A stretch of 61,441 bases of DNA, counting the filler. It is 7 parts of 7 records of this genome, joined end to end, with 100 filler letters (N's around TTAATTAATTAA, not from the genome) between each part and the next. Parts side by side here need not be neighbours in the genome. Positions count along the whole stretch, not along the records: positions 46,785 to 56,072 come from SRR31156797_21420; positions 56,173 to 61,441 come from SRR31156797_21444; 5 more parts are not named here. One strand, given 5' to 3'. How positions within the stretch are numbered: position 1 is the stretch's first letter; every line of letters begins with the position of its first letter. Under the pieces are notes generated by a model that did no database searches, had not been told where the DNA came from, and worked only from the letters and a program-made list of their open reading frames with translations. The translations under genes and the position numbers were made by a program. Positions 50,829-61,441 of the stretch are shown piece after piece.

Positions 50829-51824
50829 ATGGTAAAACATCTTTTTACACTTTTAGTTTTTACATCAGTTATTTTCTTTCAAGGGTGTAGCACAAAGCAG
50901 TATTTTGAACCAGAAAATACAAGTTCTGCTGATGTAGATGTATATGATATTGATTCAAAAATAATTGACTTTCATACTACAGGTGCGACACTTGACAACC
51001 ATGGATTTATATCAGTTGATGGAGTTTCTACGTTAACTTTAGATGAGGGGTTTAAATTTTTAAATCAAAATAAAGAGATCACTCTTGCTACTAATGATGA
51101 TGCTATTTTACAGATTATCACTAAAGATGCAAAAAAAGAGGATATCCAGTTTGATAAAAATATTGTAAGTGCAACTATTGAAGATGGGTTAATAGCATTT
51201 ATTCTTATTGATAATACTATTGGTCTGTATGATATAGAAATGAAAAAAATCGTTTTAAAAGAGTATCTTGCTCCATCAATGCTCAATGATATAAGAATAG
51301 CAAGCCCTATTTTTCTAAACTCTCTTATTCTTTTCCCATCACTTGATGGAAAAGTAGTGATCGTAGATAAAGCACAAAAAGCAATATATAAAACTATTAA
51401 TCTAGATCCTAGTGGAGATATCAATAATATTATCTATATCAATGCTTTAGGGAATACTTTAATTGCAGCAACTAATAATAAAGTATTTAGCTTTGTTGAT
51501 GGTCGTATTAAAACTATCTCTTTAGAAGTAAGAGATATAACCGCTGATGAAAAAAGTATTTATGTAGCAACTCTTGATGGACAAATCATCAAATATGATA
51601 CAGACTTAAAAAAACTTGCATCTCAAAAATTTAAGTTTGCAAAGTTTCATGCTCTTGCTTATGGAAGAAGTCTTTATGCACTAGAGTCTCAAGACTACCT
51701 TATAGAGCTTGATAGTGATCTTGAAAACTATGCAGTATATGATTTTTCTTTTGATGAAGAGGAAAAAGTTTTCTCTTTAAAAAATAGAATCTATTTTGAA
51801 GATAGTTATATCATCTTAAAATAG
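50829..51824 (+). CDS. Lipoprotein with a probable beta-propeller (BamB/PgbB-like)
   Basis: Lipobox FQGC; ASP.F..LDGKV and IYVATLDG repeats. Confidence 0.65.
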   Translation: MVKHLFTLLVFTSVIFFQGCSTKQYFEPENTSSADVDVYDIDSKIIDFHTTGATLDNHGFISVDGVSTLTLDEGFKFLNQNKEITLATNDDAILQIITKDAKKEDIQFDKNIVSATIEDGLIAFILIDNTIGLYDIEMKKIVLKEYLAPSMLNDIRIASPIFLNSLILFPSLDGKVVIVDKAQKAIYKTINLDPSGDINNIIYINALGNTLIAATNNKVFSFVDGRIKTISLEVRDITADEKSIYVATLDGQIIKYDTDLKKLASQKFKFAKFHALAYGRSLYALESQDYLIELDSDLENYAVYDFSFDEEEKVFSLKNRIYFEDSYIILK

Positions 51825-52661
51825 ATGTCAGAAATAGTAACTGCTTTTGAGGAGTATCTTACTATTATAAAGTCTTTAGCTCCTAATAGTGTTAAAGCAT
51901 ATATCACAGACTTAGAAGATTTTGAATCTTTTTTAATCTTAAAAAAACAATCTCTTCTAAGCTCTAATAGTGAACTTCTTGTAGAATATCTACAATCTAT
52001 TAAAAACCCTTTAACACAAAACCGACATCTAAGTAGTATCAATAGTTTTTACAACTTTGCCACTGAAAATTTTGATAATATTCTCAAACCAAAAGCCTCT
52101 TTTGCAAAACTCCCACAAAAACTTCCAAAATACCTTGATGAAAAACAGATTGATAATGGATTAAAGCTTATTGATAGATATAATGAGCTTGGAATGAGGG
52201 ATTATGCAATTATCCTTTTTTTATATGCTACAGGGGTTCGGGTAAGTGAGCTTATCAAGGTAAAAAAAAGTGATATAGAACAAAACTGGATACGAGTTTT
52301 ATATGCTAAAGGATCAAAACAAAGAATTGTTCCAATTGCAAATGTTGCTTTAGAAGCTTTATATGAATATCTCAATACTAGAAAGCATAGATCAGATACA
52401 CTTTTTTTAAACTATCAAGGAAAACCAATAAGCCGAATATCGATTTTTAAGATCACCCAAAAATATTTTGGAGTCTCTCCCCATGTTTTTAGACACTCTT
52501 ATGCAACCTCACTTATTCTAGGAGGAGCTGACCTTATGGTGGTAAGTGAGCTTTTAGGGCATAGCAATGTGGAAACTACACAAATCTATACCCATATTAG
52601 TCAAAAGCATCTAAGTCAAACAATAGATCAATTTCATCCACTTAATACAAGGAAAATATAA
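51825..52661 (+). CDS. XerC/D-like tyrosine recombinase
   Basis: LPKYL, RDYAI..LYATGVRVSEL, KGSKQR, HVFRHSYAT, LLGHS..TTQIY. Confidence 0.92.
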   Translation: MSEIVTAFEEYLTIIKSLAPNSVKAYITDLEDFESFLILKKQSLLSSNSELLVEYLQSIKNPLTQNRHLSSINSFYNFATENFDNILKPKASFAKLPQKLPKYLDEKQIDNGLKLIDRYNELGMRDYAIILFLYATGVRVSELIKVKKSDIEQNWIRVLYAKGSKQRIVPIANVALEALYEYLNTRKHRSDTLFLNYQGKPISRISIFKITQKYFGVSPHVFRHSYATSLILGGADLMVVSELLGHSNVETTQIYTHISQKHLSQTIDQFHPLNTRKI

Positions 52662-52662
52662 A

Positions 52663-53304
52663 ATGATACTGTGTGATATAGGAAATAGTACCTTTCATTT
52701 TCAAAAGAATGACGAGAGTTTTAAAGTAAGTATACAAGATTCACTTAAAAAAGTGAAAAAGACAAAAGGAAAACTTTATTTTGTCAGTGTTAATATAGAT
52801 GGAACAAAGAAACTTTTAAAACACTTTCCAAAGGCTATTGATATCGCTCCATATATCCAATTTAAAACAGAATATAAAGGGATGGGGATAGATAGACAGT
52901 TGGTATGTAAATATATTAAAAATGGGATTATCGTAGATAGTGGCAGTGCAATTACTGTTGATATTATGAAAAATGGTATCCATCAAGGGGGGATTATCTT
53001 ACCAGGGATCAATGCATATAAAAAAATTTATCCAAAAATATCCAAAAAACTCACCTTTAAATTTAAAACTGATATAAATTTAGATAAAATTCCTTTGAAA
53101 ACTGATGACGCTATTAATTATTCTATATTAAGCTCGATCATTACACCTATTAAAAATATTTATGAGACACATCTTGTTCCTATCTATTTTACAGGTGAAG
53201 ATAGTAAATTGATACTATCATATTTTAAACATATACCACACAAATACAAAAAAAATCTTGTATTTAACAGTATGAAAAAAGTAATTAAGGAAAATAGATG
53301 TTAA
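52663..53304 (+). CDS. coaX: Type III pantothenate kinase
   Basis: CDIGNS, GIDR, VDSGSAITVD, GGIILPG. Confidence 0.93.
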   Translation: MILCDIGNSTFHFQKNDESFKVSIQDSLKKVKKTKGKLYFVSVNIDGTKKLLKHFPKAIDIAPYIQFKTEYKGMGIDRQLVCKYIKNGIIVDSGSAITVDIMKNGIHQGGIILPGINAYKKIYPKISKKLTFKFKTDINLDKIPLKTDDAINYSILSSIITPIKNIYETHLVPIYFTGEDSKLILSYFKHIPHKYKKNLVFNSMKKVIKENRC

Positions 53305-53903
53305 CAATCGCTCTTCCAAAAGGAAGAATTGCAGAACAAACACTAGAAAAATTTGAGAAAGTGTTTAATGAAAAATTTCTTTTTGAGAATAGAAAACTTA
53401 TCTTACAAAAAGCAGGCTTTACCTTTTTAAATGTACGTAATCAAGATGTACCAACTTATGTAATGCACGGAGCTGCAGACCTTGGAGTAGTAGGGCTTGA
53501 TGTATTAGAGGAAAAGGAGTATGACTTAGTAAAACTACTTGATCTAAAGATCGGTCAATGTAAGGTAGCTATTGGTCTTAAAGCTGGGGAAGAGATAGAT
53601 TGGAATAGATCACAAATTACAGTTGCTACAAAACATGAGAAAATAGCAAAAAGATTTTTTGAACAAAAAGCGATGGCAGTCAATATCGTAAAACTCTATG
53701 GATCAATCGAATTAGCTCCATTAGTGGGACTGAGTGATTGTATCGTAGATATCGTAGAAACTGGTGAGACTATGAGACAAAATGGTCTAGTAGTAGGTGA
53801 TACTATTATGCACTCTAGCGTACACCTTATCTCAAATAAAAACTCATACTACAATAATAAAAAACAGATTTTATCTTTAAGAGAGAGCCTTGCAAGCACT
53901 TGA
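53298..53903 (+). CDS. hisG: ATP phosphoribosyltransferase, short form
   Basis: IALPKGR, DVPTYV..G.ADLG, GSIELAP, DIVETG. Confidence 0.96.
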   Translation: MLTIALPKGRIAEQTLEKFEKVFNEKFLFENRKLILQKAGFTFLNVRNQDVPTYVMHGAADLGVVGLDVLEEKEYDLVKLLDLKIGQCKVAIGLKAGEEIDWNRSQITVATKHEKIAKRFFEQKAMAVNIVKLYGSIELAPLVGLSDCIVDIVETGETMRQNGLVVGDTIMHSSVHLISNKNSYYNNKKQILSLRESLAST

Positions 53904-54591
53904 TCTCTACGGAAGTATTGAAGAGTATTTAGACTTTAAAGAGGAGATTCAATCCTTATATCTCCAAACACTAGAAGTGGTTACAAATAAAAAAGTATCC
54001 ACTTTAATTGATATAGGGTGTGGACAGGGTGATTTTTGTCTACTTCTCCAAGACAAAGGGATCAAAACACTTGGTGTTGATCTAAGTAGCAAACAAATAG
54101 AGCTGGCAAGCAAAAAAAATATCGATGTAAAATGTTGTGATATCAAAGATATTACAGAAAAATTTGAATGCGCAACTGCCGTTTTTGATGTGCTAAATTA
54201 TCTTCCTAAAAAAGAACTTGAAACCTTTTTAAAACATACCTATAATCTTTTAGAAGAAAATGGATATTTTATCTTTGATATCAATACACTCTTTGGTTTT
54301 GAAGTGATCGCTCAAGGAACGCTTACACTTGATCTAGAAGAGAAGTTTATAGCGATCGATGCAAACTTTGAAAACAATACACTTTATACAGATATCACAC
54401 TCTTTACAAAACAAAATGAACTTTATAATAAACAAAGTGGTACAATAGAACAATATTATCATGAGAAATCTCAGTTACAAAAACTTTTTAAAAGAACAGG
54501 TTTTGCACTACTAGAGATACAAGATGTTTATTTGCATAATGATGAAGAGGCAGATAAACAAATCTATGTACTACAAAAGAAAGGGAAATAA
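53890..54591 (+). CDS. Class I SAM-dependent methyltransferase
   Basis: IDIGCGQG, GVDLS, FDVLNY, GYFIFDINT. Confidence 0.88.
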   Translation: MQALDLYGSIEEYLDFKEEIQSLYLQTLEVVTNKKVSTLIDIGCGQGDFCLLLQDKGIKTLGVDLSSKQIELASKKNIDVKCCDIKDITEKFECATAVFDVLNYLPKKELETFLKHTYNLLEENGYFIFDINTLFGFEVIAQGTLTLDLEEKFIAIDANFENNTLYTDITLFTKQNELYNKQSGTIEQYYHEKSQLQKLFKRTGFALLEIQDVYLHNDEEADKQIYVLQKKGK

Positions 54592-55055
54592 TGATTCATA
54601 ATATTGTAGAAAATAGTGAATATAAAGAGATTATGGAGAATCAAATCTATGAGATTATAGAGTTTTTACTCAATCAAGATGAGGAGTTTTCTCTCACTGC
54701 AAATATCAATGGGGTTTCTTTTAATCCAAATATTCCATCATCTATTGCTGAAACTTTTCCACATTTTACACTGTTTACATTGGCAAACTATACCTATTCA
54801 ACAATTGAACTTAGTGAAAATCATATTAGTTTTGAGACAGGATTTGGAGCAGAAAATTTTGGCTCAGTAGTTACTATTCCACTAAGCGCAGTATTTCAAG
54901 TGATCGTAGATGAGTCGATCCTCTTTTTAAACCCTACAGCAACGGTAGAAAGATACTTTAAAAAAAAGAAAAAACAGATTATTGAAAATGTAGATCAACA
55001 AACAAGATCTATGAATGCTTTTAAAAGTAATTCACAAAATAAAGAGCTTTTTTAA
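54591..55055 (+). CDS. Conserved hypothetical protein
   Basis: TAATG coupling; ISFETGFG..VTIPL motif. Confidence 0.7.
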   Translation: MIHNIVENSEYKEIMENQIYEIIEFLLNQDEEFSLTANINGVSFNPNIPSSIAETFPHFTLFTLANYTYSTIELSENHISFETGFGAENFGSVVTIPLSAVFQVIVDESILFLNPTATVERYFKKKKKQIIENVDQQTRSMNAFKSNSQNKELF

Positions 55056-55056
55056 T

Positions 55057-55950
55057 CTAACAAGATAAAAGATCTTTTAAGCTCTGCTGAGGAGCTTTTC
55101 CATCTAAGATAAGCTTTACCTCTCTAGCAATCGGTGTATAGATCTCATGTTTACGTGAGAGCATATCAATAGCAATACTTGTTTTAACACCCTCTGCAAC
55201 CTCTCCAAGCTCTTCTAAGATAACCTCTATAGTTTTTCCCCCAGCAAGACCTAGTCCCACTCTATAGTTACGACTAAGGGTACTACTAGCAGTTAAAAAA
55301 AGATCCCCTGCTCCACTTAATCCATAAAAGGTTTTTTTCTTTGAGCCAAATACACGACCAAATCGCTCCATCTCTACAAGACCTCGTGAGATTAAACTTG
55401 CTCTTGCATTATTTCCAAGCTCTAAGCCATCACAAATACCACTAGCGATCGCTAAAACATTCTTATAAGCTCCAGCAATCTCAGCTCCAACAATATCTGT
55501 ACTAAAATAGGTTTTAATAAACTTAGGGAAAAGTGGTGCATAGGTTCTATAAAGCTTTTTTGATGATGTATTGATCACAATAGCAGTAGGAAGCCCTTTC
55601 ATCACCTCTGAAGCGAAGGAAGGACCAGAGATAAACCCTAAATGTTTTTTAGGGACATATTTTTTATAGATATCTTGTAAAAAATCTCCACTTTTTGCAT
55701 CGATCCCTTTAGCAGCTACTAAAACATTTTGCCCCTCAGTATATTTATAATTCTCTTTAAGCCACTTCTTAATAGATTGTGCAGGGATTGCAATAATCAA
55801 ATTCTCACATTTTAATGCTTCCTCTAAAGGGATAAAGTTTTTTAAATCCCTTGGTGTTCTATTGGTAATATAACACTCTTGATTTTGTGAAAGAGCAAAA
55901 TGAAGAGCCTGTCCCCATTTTCCTGCTCCTATTACTGCTGTTTTAGACAT
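55057..55950 (-). CDS. gpsA: NAD(P)H-dependent glycerol-3-phosphate dehydrogenase
   Basis: GAGKWG, KGI, SGPSFA, GAYKNV, GDL.LT..SRN, AEG. Confidence 0.96.
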   Translation of the reverse strand: MSKTAVIGAGKWGQALHFALSQNQECYITNRTPRDLKNFIPLEEALKCENLIIAIPAQSIKKWLKENYKYTEGQNVLVAAKGIDAKSGDFLQDIYKKYVPKKHLGFISGPSFASEVMKGLPTAIVINTSSKKLYRTYAPLFPKFIKTYFSTDIVGAEIAGAYKNVLAIASGICDGLELGNNARASLISRGLVEMERFGRVFGSKKKTFYGLSGAGDLFLTASSTLSRNYRVGLGLAGGKTIEVILEELGEVAEGVKTSIAIDMLSRKHEIYTPIAREVKLILDGKAPQQSLKDLLSC

Positions 55951-56072
55951 TTTTTTGTTCCTTTATTTCATTTATAATATCTTGAGCTATTTTTATACCT
56001 TGAGTATATCCTACCTCTTTAAAAATGCTAAGGGCTTCTTTATGATATTTTAATGCTTGATCTAAATCCCCT
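55943..56072 (-). CDS. C-terminal end of a TPR-repeat protein, partial (absent from the ORF track)
   Basis: GDLDQALKYHKEALSIFKEVGYTQGIKIAQDIINEIKEQKNV*; overlaps the gpsA start. Confidence 0.7.
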
Positions 56073-56172
56073 NNNNNNNNNNNNNNNNNNNNNNNNNNNN
56101 NNNNNNNNNNNNNNNNTTAATTAATTAANNNNNNNNNNNNNNNNNNNNNNNNNNNNNNNNNNNNNNNNNNNN
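56073..56172. other. Artificial contig linker
   Basis: N44-TTAATTAATTAA-N44. Confidence 0.99.
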
Positions 56173-56780
56173 GGTTACAGGAAATGGAAAATGAAAAAAC
56201 CATTGCTGAATTAAAAGCATTAAAATCGCAAATTAATCCGCATTTTTTGTTTAATTCGTTAAACAGTATTTATAGTCTTTCCAGAAAAAATTCGGCAAAA
56301 GTTCCGGAGAAAATTGTGCAGCTCAGCGATTTAATGAGGCATATTATTTACGATTCAGAATTGGAATTAATCCCCCTGGGAAAAGAAGTGGAGATGGTCA
56401 GGAATTATATTGAATTACAAAATTTACGAACTTCCGATGCAGAAAAAATTGAATTGCAAGTTCAGGGTGAAATTAAAAACAAACGAATTGCTCCTTTAAT
56501 TTTTCTTCCTTTCATTGAGAATAGTTTTAAACATGGATTAAAAAGCGGTGTTTCAAATGCATTTGTGAAAATTGATTTGCACGTTAATGAAAAACAAATG
56601 ATTTTTGAAATTGAAAACAATTTTGAAAAATCTGTAAAAATGGATGATTCAAATTATAAAGGAATTGGAATTCAGAATGTTAAGAAGCGATTGGAACTTA
56701 TCTATCCGAATTCTTATTCATTGAAAATATTGGACGAACAAACTTTTTATAAGGTAATTTTAAAACTTCAGTTAAACTAA
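56173..56780 (+). CDS. LytS/YehU-type sensor histidine kinase, partial
   Basis: LKSQINPHFLFNSLN, ENSFKHG, GIGIQNV..RL. Confidence 0.93.
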
Positions 56781-56785
56781 AACAG

Positions 56786-57466
56786 ATGCAGTTAAATTGT
56801 TTGATAGTTGATGATGAACCGCTTTCGCAGGATGTGATTGTAGACTTTGTAAACTCAAGTCCTGAGTTACTTTTAGCAGGAGTTTGTATAAATGCACTGG
56901 AAGCAGGTGAGTTTATTAAGAACCAAAAAATTGATGTTTTATTTTTAGATATAAACATGCCTAAACTTTCGGGTATTGCATTTGTAAAATCGTTAAAAGA
57001 ACCTCCGCTATTTGTATTTATTACTGCTTATTCTGAATTTGCAATTGAAGGTTTTGAAGTGGATGCGGTAGATTATTTATTAAAACCTGTTTCGTTTGAA
57101 CGTTTTAGGGCATCGGTTAACCGGTTACTAGAAAGAACATCGAAAAACATTGAAAATGGAGTTGATCATATAATGATTCGGGCTGATAAAAAAGACTATC
57201 GCATAAATTTTGATGATATTTTATTTCTTGAAGCGCAAGGCGATTATGTGAAATTTGTTACAACCGAGAAATCGTATGTTGTTCATGGCACGATGAAAGA
57301 GTATATTGCACAACTTCCTGAAAATAAGTTTGAAAGAGTTCATAAATCGTATGTGGTTTCCTTGTCGAAAGTAGTTTATATTGAAGGAAACCGAATTAAA
57401 ATTGGGGAGAATAAACTTCCGGTAAGTCTAAATTATAAAGAACAACTTTTTAAAAAATTAGGGTAA
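56786..57466 (+). CDS. LytTR-family response regulator
   Basis: IVDDEP, FLDINMP, DYLLKP, RVHKSY. Confidence 0.95.
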   Translation: MQLNCLIVDDEPLSQDVIVDFVNSSPELLLAGVCINALEAGEFIKNQKIDVLFLDINMPKLSGIAFVKSLKEPPLFVFITAYSEFAIEGFEVDAVDYLLKPVSFERFRASVNRLLERTSKNIENGVDHIMIRADKKDYRINFDDILFLEAQGDYVKFVTTEKSYVVHGTMKEYIAQLPENKFERVHKSYVVSLSKVVYIEGNRIKIGENKLPVSLNYKEQLFKKLG

Positions 57467-57527
57467 GAGTTGGAACGTTTTGTGAAAGAATTTTCTGTTC
57501 AAATTGTGAGAGTTGCAAAAATGAATT

Positions 57528-57560
57528 AAAAAAACACAGACCAAAATCGACCTGTGTTTC
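57528..57560 (-). terminator. Intrinsic terminator of the FadL-like gene
   Basis: AAACACAG / CTGTGTTT stem followed by a T run on the minus strand. Confidence 0.6.
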
Positions 57561-57580
57561 TATATTTTGTAAATTCTTTT

Positions 57581-59080
57581 CTAAAATTTAAATCCGAGGG
57601 TAAATAGAAATTTATTTTTCAATGTATTAAAATTAGCCATTTCCGGTTGAGGATAAGAGTCGGTTACCGGAGCAGGATAAAGCAAATCAAATTCTTCTAA
57701 ATCGGTATAACGGTAAGCTAAATCAACATAAAATCCACCCTGACGATAACCCAGACCAGCAGAATAAATATTTAGATTAGCATCTGCATTTGGTTGATTT
57801 GCTCCAAATGCTTCATCGTTATATGCTGATGGATAATACTCGTATCCGGCACGTAAACTCATCGCTTCACTTAATTTATATTCTCCACCAAGCCGAACAT
57901 TTCCAACCGGTTTATACGCTTCAGCAATTTCCTGGTTTTCATCTACAAATTTATATCCGTCGCCACCTCTTCGTAAGTTGGCATTTCCATAATCTACATA
58001 TTCATAATCTACACTTATTAATCCTCTTTTTGAAATAATAAATGCACCACTTAATGTTGCTCTTAGTGGCGTTTCAAGGTCATAGTCGTATTCTGAATAT
58101 GGAGGATTATCTGTTCCGTAATTTGTTGTGGTACCGTCGTCGTATGTTACCGATGAACCCATTGAAGTTTCAAAAACATCATGAAGATTAAAGAATGTGG
58201 GTGTATGAATTGCAGCACCCAGTCTTATTTCATTAATGGGTTTAAAAATAACACCTAACTTCACATTATAACCTGTTCCGTTGGTACGTAAGTAACTATC
58301 AAACTGAAGTTCATTAAAATAGTCGATGTTGTTCGATTGGTCCCATTCAACCAAAGTTGTAGACTCTTTATAATAAACATCAACTATTCCAACTGAAGCA
58401 CCAAGATAAAGTTTATGATTAAAATTTAATCCCATAGCAATTGAGTATTCATCAAGAGATCCTTGCCTGGAAATACTTTTCTGTTGACTCTGACCATATC
58501 CTCCTTCTTCTAAATCATGCCAGTATTCACCATTGTTTTCATCGTATAATAATAAATCGGTGTTCCAGGCCAATTCTTCATAAAAGTCACTCCAGTTGCC
58601 TATGTTGGCATTTGAAGCAACATGATCCATAAATGAACTTCCGGCATTATTGCCTTCAACCAGAGCATTGCTGTTAAAATCTTTTAACCGGTTAAAACCA
58701 ATTCCAATATTTACATTTACAATTCCCGATTCGCTTCTGTTTCTTGTTTGAATTGAAGAGACATAGCTAATATTGTTAAAAGAAAAGTTGTATTTGCTGT
58801 CGGTATATGTTGAACCTAAATAACTAGATTCAATTTGTGTTTGTCCAAAAGTAGGTGTAATTGAAAGTTCTCCTGAACGATAAACACCTAATCCTGCCGG
58901 ATTAATGCTTACCGAAGTAAAATCACCACCAAGTGCTCCGAATGCATTTCCCATACCGCCCGATCTTGCTGTACCCTGAACTTGAAAATTTGAATATCGT
59001 AATGCATCGGCTAAGTCCTGTGCCACAGTAAAAAAGGGCACAGTTAAAATTATTGTTAATATTGTCAAATATTTTTTCAT
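57581..59080 (-). CDS. OmpP1/FadL-family outer-membrane barrel
   Basis: GTARSGGMGNAFGALGGD..INPAGLG; C-terminal TLGFKF. Confidence 0.85.
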   Translation of the reverse strand: MKKYLTILTIILTVPFFTVAQDLADALRYSNFQVQGTARSGGMGNAFGALGGDFTSVSINPAGLGVYRSGELSITPTFGQTQIESSYLGSTYTDSKYNFSFNNISYVSSIQTRNRSESGIVNVNIGIGFNRLKDFNSNALVEGNNAGSSFMDHVASNANIGNWSDFYEELAWNTDLLLYDENNGEYWHDLEEGGYGQSQQKSISRQGSLDEYSIAMGLNFNHKLYLGASVGIVDVYYKESTTLVEWDQSNNIDYFNELQFDSYLRTNGTGYNVKLGVIFKPINEIRLGAAIHTPTFFNLHDVFETSMGSSVTYDDGTTTNYGTDNPPYSEYDYDLETPLRATLSGAFIISKRGLISVDYEYVDYGNANLRRGGDGYKFVDENQEIAEAYKPVGNVRLGGEYKLSEAMSLRAGYEYYPSAYNDEAFGANQPNADANLNIYSAGLGYRQGGFYVDLAYRYTDLEEFDLLYPAPVTDSYPQPEMANFNTLKNKFLFTLGFKF

Positions 59081-59127
59081 GGCAAAAAAAGGTTTTGTTG
59101 TTTATACTTTATTTCCTGTTGTGAAAA

Positions 59128-60546
59128 TTATCTTCTACGTCCTGATGAAGACGAAGATGATGATCTTGAACTGGAAGAACTTCCTGAACTACTTCTTGAA
59201 CTGCTGGAAGAACCGCTGCTTCTTACACTGGTACCACTACTACGTGTCGGAGTGCTGCTTCGGTAACTGCTCGATGAAGATCGTGAAGTAGAAGTGGGCG
59301 CACGATAAGTACGTGTTGAACTGTTTGTACTTTTATTGTATGTCGAACTTGAACGATATGCCTTGTTATAACTTGAAGTAGTTTGCGGACTGGAATACCT
59401 TGTATTTGTTGAAGAAGTAGAACTTTTACTTACCACCCGTGGTTTTGCATAATTTGTTGCTGGACGTGTATACGTAGTTGTTCTATTTGTTGTACTGCTG
59501 CCCGGCCGAGTATAACTTTGTGTAACATTCGATTTTACATTGTTATTATTGCGTACTGTGCTGGTTGTTCCCTGAGATTCTGCAGAAGTTCTTCTTCTTT
59601 CTGTTAATACATTGTTTGTTGTAGATTTTACTGCAGTTGTAGTATTTCTGGTATTAACATTGGCATCACTTACACCTGAACTTGAGCTGTTTCTTCTTGA
59701 ATTTGTTGCAGATACATCGGATGTATTTACACTTTTATTACGTGCCGATGAATTTGCTGAAATGCTGGAAGTATTTCTTCTGTTTTCATTATTTCCATAC
59801 ATAACATTTGTACCCGTTGATCTTCGCTGTCCATAAGTGTAATTTTCTCGTGATGTATAATAGCCACCTGCATAATAGTTATGGTATTGTCCGTATCCAC
59901 CATATCCATACCATGCATTATAGTAAGGATAACCCCAGCCGTAGTACGGTCTGTTCCAGTAACTATAATATGAAGAATATCCCCATCCCCAACGACTAAA
60001 AGGTGAATAATAACCTCCAAAATACCAGCTATTCATTCCCCAGCCCCAATTTAATGAGGAGTAATATGGCGAATAATATGGATCGTAATACCAGCTATCC
60101 CAGTAGAAGGGATCATAAAATGAGGTATTATGAAAACGCCGGATACGATATGCATAATCCAGCTCTTCTCCATCGTAATAATTGTTTATGACATATTTTA
60201 CTTCGTCATCGTTGTAATACATATTGGTGTCAGTTTCATACATTTCCATTTCATCCATATTATATGAAAGTGCATTAATATCTTCTTCATTACCATCAAA
60301 AATGTAATTATTCATGGTGTTTGAACCATCTTCGTTCTCTTCTATTTGACTGATAATCATTGGTTCACCCGATTTGGTAGGAACATGTGTTGTTTCCTCA
60401 GCTACTTCTTCCACTACAATTGGTGGCGGAACATCTCCCGGATTAAAATAAATGTCATCGGTGTAATAACCAGTGACATAGGACCCCGTGGAGCATGCAC
60501 CCAGTATAAGTGCAATTCCTGCTAAAATTGTTAATCTTGATTTCAT
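59128..60546 (-). CDS. Low-complexity lipoprotein (Tyr/Trp/Gly-rich middle, Ser/Thr/Arg-rich tail)
   Basis: MKSRL..LGAC lipobox (ATG 60546 after GGAGG), DDIYF, YAYRIRRFH motif, disordered-looking tail. Confidence 0.75.
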   Translation of the reverse strand: MKSRLTILAGIALILGACSTGSYVTGYYTDDIYFNPGDVPPPIVVEEVAEETTHVPTKSGEPMIISQIEENEDGSNTMNNYIFDGNEEDINALSYNMDEMEMYETDTNMYYNDDEVKYVINNYYDGEELDYAYRIRRFHNTSFYDPFYWDSWYYDPYYSPYYSSLNWGWGMNSWYFGGYYSPFSRWGWGYSSYYSYWNRPYYGWGYPYYNAWYGYGGYGQYHNYYAGGYYTSRENYTYGQRRSTGTNVMYGNNENRRNTSSISANSSARNKSVNTSDVSATNSRRNSSSSGVSDANVNTRNTTTAVKSTTNNVLTERRRTSAESQGTTSTVRNNNNVKSNVTQSYTRPGSSTTNRTTTYTRPATNYAKPRVVSKSSTSSTNTRYSSPQTTSSYNKAYRSSSTYNKSTNSSTRTYRAPTSTSRSSSSSYRSSTPTRSSGTSVRSSGSSSSSRSSSGSSSSSRSSSSSSSGRRR

Positions 60547-60620
60547 AACTTGTCCTCCCTGTTTATTTAATGTCAATAATATTTACTTTATTTGTAAGCT
60601 CAAAATATCAAATAGTTTAA

Positions 60621-61441
<821 letters not shown>

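Noticed and set aside
51825..52661. Prophage or genomic-island integrase
   Set aside because: Flanked by tightly coupled housekeeping genes; no att repeats, tRNA or cargo
12963..56172. Six recurring TTAATTAATTAA motifs as a biological repeat or CRISPR
   Set aside because: Always centred in N44 padding; an artificial six-frame-stop linker

Overview
This window is not one locus. It is seven unrelated contigs joined by six artificial 100-bp linkers (N44-TTAATTAATTAA-N44). Contig 1 (1-12962), contig 3 (24946-30871) and contig 6 (46785-56072) look like Campylobacterota (Arcobacter-like) housekeeping DNA: hemJ, nadD-rsfS, crcB-plsC, purQ-purS-purC-ctpA, tgt, gatC; dsbD, psd, mltA; rpsF-ssb-rpsR, typA, a Xer-like recombinase, coaX, hisG, gpsA. 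Contig 2 (13063-24845) is AT-rich, possibly Fusobacteriota, and holds a starch/maltodextrin locus with three regulators (GntR, TrmB, LacI) and readable operators. Contig 4 (30972-36822) is GC-rich, possibly spirochaetal, with alpha-2-macroglobulin, pbpC and a Fic gene. Contigs 5 (36923-46684) and 7 (56173-61441) are Bacteroidota-like: aroC, speA-speB-DHS-like-methyltransferase, folD, ffh; LytS/LytTR, a FadL-like barrel, proS. Taxonomy is inferred from protein similarity and composition only. I saw no CRISPR array, rRNA, tRNA, transposase or phage structural gene. The best leads are: a possible LacI-TrmB-pseudo-EIIB/amylase regulatory cascade with a stand-alone EIIB lacking its phospho-Cys; a double-palindrome operator over the Fic promoter; a probable ATA start for ychJ coupled to typA; in-place replacement of purC by a long ADE1-type enzyme; a methyltransferase attached to a homospermidine-type operon; and several REP/MITE-like palindromes. 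None of these is a proven new system.
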